This document shows positions 11,951 through 22,973 of a stretch of 64,000 nt of DNA, piece after piece. The stretch is from the NCBI RefSeq assembly GCF_018977255.1, contig NW_024704742.1, positions 12,154,001-12,218,000 of the forward strand, in the 5' to 3' direction. Numbering within the stretch: the stretch's first letter is position 1; each line of letters opens with the position of its first letter. Source of the DNA: Callorhinchus milii (taxonomy: Eukaryota). A program made the translations under genes and the position numbers. The notes under the pieces were generated by a model, which ran no database searches, had not been told where the DNA came from, and saw only the letters and a program-made list of their open reading frames with translations.

Positions 11951-12879
11951 AGTTGCTCATAGTTTTAACCTGGAGAATAGAAATGGGAAATGTTTGTGGT
12001 CTTGAGAAAATGTATAACGATGATAGTTTATGTCTGTGTTCACTCAGGTGTCAATTGTGAGTGTAAAAAGCCTCTGGTCAATGGAAGAAAAGTTGTTGCA
12101 GCTAGGCAGCAGCAAATTTCAAGGTGAATGCTTGTATTGAAATACAAAAGCACTTTTCAATTTGGAATAGCAGCTACTGTACAGGGAAAATCATGGTTAT
12201 TTCATGGATAAAAGTGCAGACTTGTGTAGCCAAGTTGTGACTTGCTGCACACAATTGATAAACGTAACGCCTGACCTTTGAAATGACAATTGCGGGTCAG
12301 AAGTTCCAAGGAAGTAAAAGTGAACGTTATGCCAGTAAGAAATAATTAATTAATGAATATATAAGACTATGAACTGTATTTGCTTGATAAAAGAATACTG
12401 TACTGGGTCAAGTAAATATTGGCTGTGAAAATTGCAAATGTATACATTGACACTGATGTAGTTCACCAGTTAGCTGTGCTGTGAGGTGTTTCCTTTGTTC
12501 AGATTTGAGTCAATAATAGTTCCTTTTTGCTAGTGGAGCATCTCTGTGGTTTCTCAAAGCAGGTACCTTTGAAAATATTTTAATGCAGAACGGATATATG
12601 ATTTTATTTAAGAAATAAAGTGAGTCATTGTGATGAAAGTCAAACCTGAAATTTACCTCCCTTCTTCAGATGGTAAATCAATTGGTTATGCATTTCCAGC
12701 ATTTTATGTAGTCTTTAATTAATTTTGACAACCGGGATAGTCTAGCACCCAATTCTAAAGAATCTTTGCACCCATTCTAATGCTACTCCATGCTCTACCA
12801 CGCTGAGATGCTTTCCTGGGTGAAGGGCACTATATAAATGCAAGCTGTTGTGGACACAAAATGTATCTCCCTGTTCCAC

Positions 12880-13142
12880 ACGCACACGCCTCTGTTTACC
12901 CAGTAGGAACCCGCTGCTTAGCCGATTGGCGGATCACTTTTTGGGGGTAATAATCCCTTTAAAATAATAATAATAAATTGGTCACTCAATCCATGACTGT
13001 TGTGGGATGCTGCTGTGTGTAATTGGCTGCCACGTTTGCTCACAAAATATACAGTCAATTCACTTTATATTCTGTGAAGCGTTTTGAGATGTCTCAAAGA
13101 CATGATTAGGCGCTATATCAAATACAAGGATTATTATTATTA
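12880..13142 (+). mobile_element. tRNA-Ala SINE, long subfamily, 5'-truncated
   Basis: CACACGCCTCTGTTTACC...GGATCAC core and tail with (TTA)n. Confidence 0.85.
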
Positions 13143-13413
13143 ATATTCATGAAATATACAATATAACACAAATTTACATTGACATAGTGCCTTTCATGTC
13201 AAGAGGATGTCGGAAGGTGCTTGACAGTACCAGTTTGACATTCGAGCCAGGCATGGAACCCAGATAGGGGGTGGAAAAATTGACCAAACACACTATTTCA
13301 AGGTAGGTTTTGAAATAGATCTTGAATGAGTTGAGGCAGGGAATGAGTTGGAAGGACTCATGATTACATAAGACTGCAAAATGGAGGTTTCTCATTGAAT
13401 GTATTCCAACAGT

Positions 13414-13771
13414 GGAGTCCTGTAGCTCAGTGGTTGGAGCACTTGCCTCACAAACGAATGGACCTGGGTTCAATTCCTGGACAGGCCGAAATCTTAGTCA
13501 AGTTTTCTTATTCTACAAACGCTTCTGTTTACCTAGCAGTAAGTAGGAACCCGGTTTGTTATTCGATGACGGATCGCTTTTCTGGGGGTAATAATTTAAA
13601 AAAACAAATTGGTCACTCAATCCACGACTCTTTGTGGGACGCTGCTGTGTGCTGCTGCATTTCACCCACAAAATATACAGTCAATTCACTTTACAGTATA
13701 TTCTGTGAAGCGCTTTGAGACGTCTTAAAGACAAGATATGGCGCTGTGTCAAATGTAAGGATTATTATTAT
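13414..13771 (+). mobile_element. tRNA-Ala SINE, long subfamily, full length
   Basis: GGAGTCCTGTAGCTCAGTGG head through GGATTATTATTA tail. Confidence 0.92.
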
Positions 13772-14072
13772 CTTTCCCCATTTCTCGGGGGAAGGGAAAG
13801 AAAACTCTTTTCTTACCTCACCTTGGACTAAATTTTACACAAATTTTGTCAGAATTATGTATTCTACTTAAATTTATATTATTCATATCCTCATTTTAAA
13901 GATCTGAATCATGTCCCATTGTAATCTGCCAAACTCCAATGGAAAAAAAAAGTGCAGCTTTGTCAGTCTCTCTCTCTTCATGTATAAAGTTTAAGTTCTG
14001 GAATCATCTTCGTCACTCTGAATTCTCTCAGTGTACTGCCTCCGCCACCCCTTAGAAGTTCGATAGCTTTGT

Positions 14073-14349
14073 GGAGTCCTGTAGCTCAGTGGTTAGAGCA
14101 CTCGCCTTGCAAGTGAGAGACCTGAGTTCAATTCCAGGCGGGGCGAAATCTTGGGCAAGTTTCCTTACTCCACACGCCTAATAATAATCCCTCCAAAACC
14201 AAAAACAATATAAATTGGTCATTTTCAATCTACGACTGTTTGTGGGACATTGCTGTGCGCAATTGGCTGCCGCGTTCGCCCACAAATTTGGGACGTCTTC
14301 CCGACGTGAAAAGCACTATATCAAATGCAAGGATTATTATTATTATTAT
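14073..14349 (+). mobile_element. tRNA-Ala SINE, young short subfamily with internal deletion
   Basis: Near-identical to the 7542 copy but lacks about 40 nt between CACAAAT and TTGGGACG. Confidence 0.92.
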
Positions 14350-14399
14350 TTAGTAACAAAATTTACCTTAAAACAAGCCACTGTCGGCACTTATCCATG

Positions 14400-14625
14400 G
14401 CTCACATTGCAGCTATGGTCGAGCGTTAAAAACAATCCCTTCTCCCAAAAATCTGCCTAGTTTGTCATACTGGAGCAGCCTCTGCCTGTTTACTTTCCAC
14501 TTGAAAGCTGCAACAGACTCCACCTCCATCACCTTACTCGGCAGGGCGATCCACATCCCAACACCACTCTGGGTGAAAGAATTCCTCCAAGCCAATTGGA
14601 ATAGTTTATTATCTTACAGTTTAAT
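14400..14625 (-). mobile_element. CR1 3' fragment
   Basis: Minus ORF NSFTQSGVGMWIALPSKVMEVESVAAFK matches the CR1 ORF2 C-terminus. Confidence 0.7.
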
Positions 14626-14664
14626 GCCTTTAAGAAATTACCTCATATTAGATTACTATAAGAA

Positions 14665-14983
14665 GAAGCCTTGCATTTAAATAGCGCGAAAACATCTCGG
14701 CGCTTCATAGAAATTATTGTAAAATGTAGAGACTGTGTATTTATAGATAACAGCCGATTTGCGCACAGCAATGAAATGAATAATCAACTGTATCTGGATG
14801 ATCTTTGATGTCCACCTGAATATTAGACAGTAACTTTGTTTGTTTCAAATGAAGGACAGCACCACTGACAACACAGTATTGCACTGGAATATCAACTTAG
14901 CTTGTGTGTTCAAAGACCTGACATGGGATTTGAACCCACAACATCATGACTCAGAGATGAGAGTGCTACTGATTGAGCCAGGC
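14665..14983 (-). mobile_element. Older Deu-domain SINE, near full length
   Basis: tRNA head (TGGCTCAATCAGTAGCACTCTCATCTCTGAGTC...GGGTTCAAATCCC), Deu core (CAGGTGGACATCAAAGATC), GCTGTGCGCAAATCGGCTG and L2-type tail. Confidence 0.75.
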
Positions 14984-15559
14984 TCACATAACAAAACTTG
15001 CAATTGCACTTAGTGGGAGCTCAAGCAGATGGGAGATTCATCTCAGACTGTATTGAACATGGAAGCTACCTGGGTAAAATGTATTTCTATATGCTGAACG
15101 ACAAGTTGCTAGGCTGGATTGGCAGATGATCAAAAGCAGAAAGATTGAAAATTGACAGGGTCACATCACAGAAATCATTCCATCAACCTGCAGCCCAATT
15201 GATTTGTGAGCTGTGAATGCAAATTCACATCCATGAAACTCAGGGAAAGATGGTGCTATACGTGTTCATTGGTAAGACTCTAAAGGTTTAGTTAGTAAAT
15301 GTATTAATTCTGTCTAAAGACTAATTCTGCTTGGCAAAACCTGGCAACCTCTGTCTCTGTCTGGACTACTTTGAACCCTTAATGCCACTAAGATCATGAG
15401 AAATGTCAAGCCTATAGCACATACTGTGTGGGGCTGTGGTGGGGGGATCTGGTGTGTGAAATAATTATCGTATCACATACTGCAATATTCCATAGTGCAA
15501 TGGAAATGAATATGGGCAATGAACGAAAACATTAACCATCTCAAGGCATTTGAATGGGC

Positions 15560-15661
15560 CTTAATGGGCCATGCTCGGGTCCTGACCCCTGACTGTCCAG
15601 CACCTTGGGACATCCTCCTGACATGAAAGGTGCTCTATAATGTAATTTTGTTGTTGTTGTT
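15560..15661 (+). mobile_element. L2 3' tail
   Basis: GCTCGGGTCCTGACCCCTGACTGTCCAGCACCTTGGGACATCCTCCTGACATGAAAGG...(TTG)n. Confidence 0.85.
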
Positions 15662-16409
15662 AACACTCTCCAGTTAGCATTGCTTAAGAGTACAGCATAA
15701 TTAATCATTTCAATACACATACAGAATATTAAAAAGTTACTGATAGTTTGTGAATTATGTGTTTTTTATTTTAAGAGAAAAAGCTCTTTGCTCAACCAAT
15801 GTTAATCTGAAGACTGCTGTCACGCTGTCTGGAGCATTTAATTGGTACAGAGGTGTTGTGAATTGTGCTGACCAGCATGTGTTCACTGTATACCCAGGGA
15901 ACTCTACATTAGAGTGCTGTAAACTGATTTATTGCCATTATTTGTTAATTATTAGTTGCGCACTATGCTGTGAAAACAACACACATTCACTATGCAGCAC
16001 CATAAATGTCTTCACTTATTAAATAGGTCAGAGAACTTCCACTTGGATGCTAGACTAAGCCACCAAAGGTGCTCTGCAATGCAGAAGATTGAAAACGCTT
16101 AAAGCATAGAGATCATTTTTTTGGAATTCATCAAGCACTTCACCAGCCCACTTTAAAGCAGCCCAGTTAATTTAACTTTTGAACTTGATAGACCCTGAAT
16201 AGATCCTGAATTCAATCAGATGACTTTCTTGATTGATTTATGTGATAATGCATAATGACTTTTCATAGCTTTCTCTCTCTCTCACAGAGCAGCTAATTTT
16301 GTACACTATTTCTATCATGACGAAGAATCGTGCTATACCCCCAATTTTCCACCTGACATTCCTGAGAGCAGTGGCACTTGCTCCTGAATGGTTTCACAGT
16401 GACTGACTA

Positions 16410-16560
16410 GGTGGTCACTGTACTCTCTTGACGCCCAAACACAGATGCTTTCCAATAGTAGTCACTGGATTTTGACGAGGAACTGGAACCCTGACTAATT
16501 TTTACCTTCCCCACCCAGAAACCATTGTAGGTATTCCATCTCAGCACAGATATATGACCA
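16410..16560 (-). mobile_element. Ancient SINE remnant, AmnSINE2-like (related pieces at about 28915-29070 + and 43310-43400 -)
   Basis: Minus strand AGGGTTCCAGTTCCTCG...TCCAGTGAC...GGAAAGCA...GGGCGTCAAG resembles the recalled AmnSINE2 core; family name unverified. Confidence 0.45.
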
Positions 16561-17639
16561 AATAATGTTTCATAGTAAATAGTGACTGAATTATGTGGTA
16601 AACTACACCATAGACTGAATTGGCTTCACTGTCAATTGGCTCCACATTGATAGGTGCCCCAAGCACACAAATCAAGATGATTAAAGATATGTTGAAGAAA
16701 ATACTGGAGTGATCTCAGATAGTAAACTCAAGTTCACTGATGTTGAATGCTTAAATTCACTCTTGGGTGAAAATAAATCATATCTTTTCAGTTATATAAT
16801 ATTACTTGTAATCACTTTTGAGCGTCCAACATTGTGTATATTATACAATGTATCTAATAACGGGCTCACACTATATTGTACTAATAACATTAGATTTATA
16901 CTCAAAACACATTGGTAGTAACGTTTGTAAACTTGTTTTGTTCCTTAAATTACTGGTCTGAAATCTGTGGGAAACATTATTTTTCCTTAATGCAGTTTTA
17001 GCAATCGGACTGCCTAATAGTCTAAAGGTGGCAGTGTCTTGATAGTGTATGGCTCTTCAGTTTTGATTTATTTTATTCAGTTGGGAGTTCAGAGAAATAT
17101 ATGAGATAATGCAACAAAGTAAACCCACAACAATGTGCCTGAAGCATACAGATAATAAAATGCAGGTTCAGGGTAGTGAAGGGTGATTTTGTATAGATCC
17201 CAACAAGTATCTCTTTCCACAGATCAACAGCTGGAGCAGGTTACCAGGCAGGACAATGGACTCATTCCAGGAACAACGTGTTGATGCGATTGGATTACTA
17301 TAGGGTTTATACACAGCAGAATGAGATCAAATGGGTCAAATTTGCTCCTTCATTCAAACTTCCTTCGTGGGCACCTTGCTGGAACTTAATAATAAGACGC
17401 AATAATCTGGGTTAGTTGTGCATGAGCTTCAGGGCAGTATTGTTTAAGCTTTTTTTACAGTAAGTTTCACAGTGCAGAATTTTTTTTTAAAAAAAATGGG
17501 CAGTCTGCTATATTGTATTCTACTTTAATGATCAAAAAAGGTAACTGACTGAAGCTTGCCAGGATCTTCTGAATGATTTGAAAATTTCACAGCCACCAGA
17601 GTACACTGATCAGTACTCAAGATGGATGGCTCACTGTAG

Positions 17640-18010
17640 GGCATGTAACAATTTGCATTTGTATCATGTCTTTCACATAGGAGAACGTCTCAAACTATTT
17701 GGTAGAGCCAGAGTGAGAGCCTCAGCAGGTGGGAATTGGCGGAAGGTATTGGCAGGAGTGACAGAAAGTTGAGTCAAAGAATGATCGTTTTTCACAGCAA
17801 AGTAGGAGGAAATGAGGTGGAGAGATTTAGGCAGAAAGTTACAGTGGAAGCAAAGTAGCGAAAGGCTCATCTGTGAAAGGGAAACAAAGCAGGTGTAAGT
17901 TGATGGAGCAGGGAGAGTGGATGGGAGAGTAGGACCACAGGAGATTGAAGGTAAGAACAAGGATTTTAAAGCTGTTCTACTGGGGGGAATAGTCAACAGA
18001 GTCTGGTGAG
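17640..18010 (-). mobile_element. Old L2 3' fragment
   Basis: TTGCATTTGTAT...TTTCAC tail followed by purine-rich sequence containing AGAACAAGGATTTTAAA (reverse of FKILVL). Confidence 0.6.
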
Positions 18011-19048
18011 GGTGAACGTAAAGGGGCCATTTGGCACTGATGTTTTAAGTTTCTCTCATCTGATGGAAGTTAATAGGAAATTAAATGTTCTAATATGGTG
18101 GTATTTCACCTTCAGCAAGGTTAGCCTGTAGCATTCCAAGTATTCCTATAAAACAAACATTGTTGAAATATATGGGCATTGATCTAACTGGCAGTAATTC
18201 AATCTGTAAACATCTGAGATTTACTAATGTGTGGTGTAGACAGATACATTGCACATGGTCTGTGGAAGAAACAGGCTAAATGGGCTTTTCTCATAGTATG
18301 GGTTGTTATGTTCTTATGTCCTTTAAACCAAAATCCACTAATCCATCTTTAACAGGAGGTTTGTACTTTGTAATAAGAGGATGTGAAATTCCACTGTGCT
18401 CCTTGAGAACAAGGCCTACCAAATGATGCTAGCAGACAGCTGCATGGAATTTACTCAACATAATTTCATTGTATTTCAGATGTTTGTGAAAAGCTAACCC
18501 ACATAAAATTTAAAGAAACAATAATAATTTGTTTGCTGTAAGCGAATTAAACTCTGACTTTTGTTTTCTTTAAAAATCTATTTTCCAATTTGTTCATGAA
18601 CCAATGAGCTAAGAATTTTGCTTAAGTGGCAGAAACATTCTTTCCCTCCTGACTTGAGTGCTATAAATCTGCAGTTTATCAATTGTTAGGCAGGGACAAT
18701 AATGTAAACCTAAGAAAACATAACCACAGTGCACAATTCTTTGTACTTAAATTTCTCTTACCAGTGAACTTTATTAATTGCAGTAAATATTGGGTCCACA
18801 AACAGTCAGTGCTAAAAATTTAATTAGATTATCAAGCCAAATGGTATTTTATATTGTGTTTTGCGGAATTGCTGCTTTCCGTAGTAAGGCAGTGGACAGT
18901 TTTATAGATATCTTGTAAGAGTATTCACTGTTTTTATCGAGCCGGGTAAGAGGTTTATTGTGTTGTTAGGGATCTAAATGTAAGGAAGTTGAGCATGACT
19001 TTAAATACAAATACAGCGTGAGGATTCTGATGTATTGTGTCCATTTGT

Positions 19049-19420
19049 GGAGTCCTGTAGCTTAATGGTTAGAGCTCTCGCCTCGCAAGTGAGAGGACCT
19101 GGGCTCGATTCCGGGCAGTCTGAAACGTTGAGCAAGTTTCCTTATTCCACACGTTTCTGCTTACCTAGCAGTAAGAAGGAACCCGTTTATTAGTCGATTG
19201 GCGGATCGCTTTTCCGGAGGTAATAATTCCTTCAACAAAAAAATAATAATTGGTCACTCAATCCATGACTGTTTGTGGGACACTGCTGTGCGCAATTGGC
19301 TGCCGTGTTTCACCCACAAAGTATGCAGTCAATTCACTTTACAGTATATTCTGTGAAGCGCTTTGAGACTTCTCGAAGATGTAATGAGGCGCTATATCAA
19401 ATGCAAGGATTATTATTATG
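19049..19420 (+). mobile_element. tRNA-Ala SINE, long subfamily, full length
   Basis: Complete head, central segment and tail GAGACTTCTCGAAGATGTAATGAGGCGCT. Confidence 0.93.
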
Positions 19421-20394
19421 ATTATGCCTTAATTCACCTCTCACACTAGATATCCAGTGTGAGTGGCAGCCTCTCACACAGGATATTCCTCCGACTATTG
19501 AGGACGGTAGAAAAAGATTTTTTTTTCCCCATGAGCTGAACTGTTTCAAGTTTTTCATAGCAAGCCTCCTTTGGCTTAATTTATATTTTGTATTGCACCA
19601 AATTAGTGGTTCATTCAAGTGTGGCGCATGTCAAAATTACAACATTTGTGAAAGGTATAATTATGATTACATGCATTGTGAAAGAGGATATGCTGACAGA
19701 TGAGCAACCACATATCGGGAGCTCCCTCTGCCTGCACTGGCTGGCAGCAAGGAATGAAAATGCTTCATTCATGCCAATGTGATTGATTTTTTCACTGTAT
19801 CAAATTCTACCAGCACAATAAGGAAAGTGGCATATTGTTTATCCTACTCATTGTTTATATATTTCAAAAACCTGTCATATAGTTGTTATATTCCAGCCCA
19901 TTGTGTGCCATTTCATTTTATAAATGTATGCAGTTATCAACAACCAAATATGTTCTCTGCATCACACTGTGCTATTTATTATTGAACACCACATGTTACT
20001 TAGACAATACATGATTGCATTGTACAATTAATTTATCCAAAAGTTAAATAATCATGAGCCTGCTGTACATTCAATTCATCTGATGAATTTTCTGAAATCG
20101 CAGAAGCTGGTATTCTGTGTTTATTTGAACAATAAATGCCACTTAGCTCATTAGGTAATTTTTAGCTTTTGTCCTAATTAATATTATTAATATTAATATT
20201 AATTGATAAAGAGGATGAAGATCACTTAGCTTGGATGACCCTTGTTTCTGAATCAATCATCAGTAAATATTTATTACCTTAGCGATAAAACCCACCATAA
20301 ATTATGCAGGTGAAATCCTGTGTATAAGGAATGGACATGAGTGTAAACCATTTTATCGGGAGGGAAAGAGAAAAAATACTAATGACTCTATTAC

Positions 20395-20737
20395 AATTAG
20401 TCCAGTTGCATATTGCTGGACTTCTGTTTGGAGTAAAAGGTTGCGATTCAAAGATCTGGTTGACCTCATTGTAGAGTGCAGAAGATCCACATTTTGATCG
20501 AGTTTTGACTATCATTCATACCTCATTCAGTCCCTGATCAGGTGGATGCTAAAGATCCCATTGTATTATTCTGGAACAGAAGGGAGTGTCTTCCAGTGTC
20601 CTAGCTAACAATCCCTCAAATACATTTGGTCATTCACATCAAGTGTACATTGCTTTACCCAAATTGACTACCACTAACTGTTACAGTACTTCATGTGAAG
20701 CGCTTGGAGGCACGCTCCTTATGTGATAGGTCTGTAT
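20395..20737 (+). mobile_element. Older Deu-domain SINE
   Basis: CAGGTGGATGCTAAAGATCCCATTGTATTATT...GAAGGGAGTGTCTTCCAGTGTCCTAGCTAAC Deu core; tail interrupted at TATA by a younger SINE. Confidence 0.7.
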
Positions 20738-21008
20738 AATAATAATCCTTGCATTTGATATAACGCCTTGTCAGGTCTTCGAGACGTCTTAAAACGCTTC
20801 ACAGAATATACTGTAAAGTGAATTGATTGTATATTTTGTGGGCAAAATGCAGCAGCTGATAGCTGATTATGCACAGCAGTGTCCCACAAACAGTCGTGGA
20901 TTGAGTGACCGATTTTTTTAAGGAACTATTACCCCCAGAAAAGCGATCCGCCAATCGACTAACAACCCAGTTCCTACTTACTGCTAGGTGAACAGGGGCG
21001 TGCGGAAT
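20738..21008 (-). mobile_element. tRNA-Ala SINE, long subfamily, 5'-truncated, nested in Deu-SINE tail
   Basis: (AAT)n-CCTTGCATTTGATA tail and AAGCGATCCGCCAATCGACTAACAACC core. Confidence 0.88.
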
Positions 21009-21832
21009 AGTAAATGTTGGATCTGTGTAGCAGTGAAGGATTTCTTTACATGCAGGGTAAAATGCAATAGATTAGTCTCAGCCAATAAAAGCACAATTCT
21101 GCCATCTGACCCGGAAAGTTAACAAAAAACCTGGAGGTCTACAGTCTCCAGCATGTGGCACATCCGACTGAATGAGTGTACAAGAAGAGATCAATCATTA
21201 TAAAATGAGGTTGTAAAATAAAGATATAAATTTCCAAACAAGAGAATATAACACTTCAGACATTTAGACACAGTCAGGTGTCATTTGTGCAACTGTGGAA
21301 CACATAGGTAACTGTTCCCAGTTTCCAATTTATTCCTCACATTACATTTACTATCATGAGCAATCTTACTATAAAAATATGTAGTTAAATGTTTTTTCAC
21401 CCCACCTTCTGTCCTGGTCTTAGATTAAATCTGTGTCTGAGCAACTTACTGGAAAATTGATGTGCTGTGTTACGTCTGCCTGAAAGGCATAAGTACAAGT
21501 TCCATCTGATGATGCATAGTCAATTTGAATTCACTGAAGGAAATGGAAAGGGAAACCTATAAAGGGAAGGTCAGATAGCTGTGTCAATGTGCAAGGCCCT
21601 TCTTTAGATACCAGGAGTGTCAACTGCATTAATAGACAATTGCACTGCTTCCAGTGGCAACCTCTCGCAGTGGATATTCCCCAGGGCAAAAAACAGAATT
21701 ATTTCCTAACTGTTCCAGCTAATCTATCTGCATGTTCCTTCCATATTTTTTATAGAAGCCTCTCTTTCAAACTCACCAAACCATTGCAAAATGTCAGTAT
21801 TCATTTTAATCCTCAGATCTCTTTCCTTCCAT

Positions 21833-22216
21833 GGAGTCCTGTAGTTCAGTGATGCTCACCTCGCAGCCGAGAGACCTAGTTTTGATTCCCGTCAGCACAA
21901 ATGTGGGACAAGTTTCCTTACTCCATAGTCCTCTGCCTCTGTTTACCTAGCCGTAAGCAGGAACCCAGTTGTTAGTCGATTGATGGATCGCTTTTCCGGG
22001 GGTAATAAAATCCCTTAAAAAAAAAATAATAAATAAATAATTTGGTCGCTCAATCCACGACTGTTTGTGAGACATTGTCTTGAGCAATTGGCTGCCGAGT
22101 TTCATCCACAAAATATACAGTCAATTCACTTTGCAGTATATTTTGTGAAGCGCTTTGAAATGTTTCAAAGACATGATAAGGCGCTATATCAAATGCAAGG
22201 ATTATTATTATTATTA
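21833..22216 (+). mobile_element. tRNA-Ala SINE, long subfamily
   Basis: Head, core and (TTA)n tail all present. Confidence 0.9.
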
Positions 22217-22219
22217 TAT

Positions 22220-22910
22220 TCCTCACATTTCCTCCCTGACCTTGACTACTTTTCTTCATCTTCGTCACTTTGTTCACCTCAATGCCTATCTCACACAAAA
22301 CCCTGCTGAAACCTTCATTCATTGCATTTATTACCTCCCGACTTGACTTCTCCAGTGCACCCAGCCTGACCAGCCTCTTTAGTTTTACCATCCACAAGCT
22401 TCTGGACATTCACAATTCCACGGCTTACATCTTCACCCACATCAAATTCGGCGTGCCCATTACCCCTGTCCTCGCCTAGCTCTCTAGCTTCCAACAGATC
22501 AATTTTTTGTCAACACCTAATTCACTTCACACTCTGACACTCCCCCTGTCTCTGCAATCTTTTCTTACCCCACTCTTTTGTTTCTCCCCTCCATTTTGAA
22601 AACTCGGGCTTGTTGAATGTTCCCTGCACCTGCACCCCACTGTCAGTGGGTGAGCCTTCAGTAATTATGCCCTTACTCTTTAGAACTCTTAGCCTCTTCC
22701 CTTCTGCCTCTATCTGTCTTTATATTAAGCATTCTGTGATGCTACCTTGTGTGGGGAGCACTTTATCAATGTAAGTTGCTGTTGTTATCTATCTTTAAAT
22801 CCTGCCTAAAAATCTTGCTCCTCGAATGCGCCCTCTTCCTCTCCTTAATTGCTTGGCCAGTAACCCTGTTCTGTGAAGCTCAATGTGAAGGACACTATAT
22901 ACGTGCAATA
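22220..22910 (+). mobile_element. Old L2 ORF2 C-terminal fragment
   Basis: [25 protein letters not shown] / AFITSRLDFS...HKL...NSTA are homologous to L2 ORF2. Confidence 0.75.
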
Positions 22911-22973
22911 ACAAATCTAATATTGCACCGTTCAAGTCGGTAGGACGTCACAAAGCACTTCACAAGATACATA

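Noticed and set aside
12625..12680. C/D box snoRNA-like motifs (also near 21.5 and 46.6 kb)
   Set aside because: TGATGA/CTGA spacing, terminal stems and guide sequences are not convincing.
14073..14145. tRNA-Ala genes at SINE 5' ends
   Set aside because: Each runs into SINE body and tail with no Pol III terminator; these are SINE heads.
15750..16200. Possible conserved non-coding element
   Set aside because: Repeat-free and TAAT-rich, but conservation cannot be judged without an alignment.
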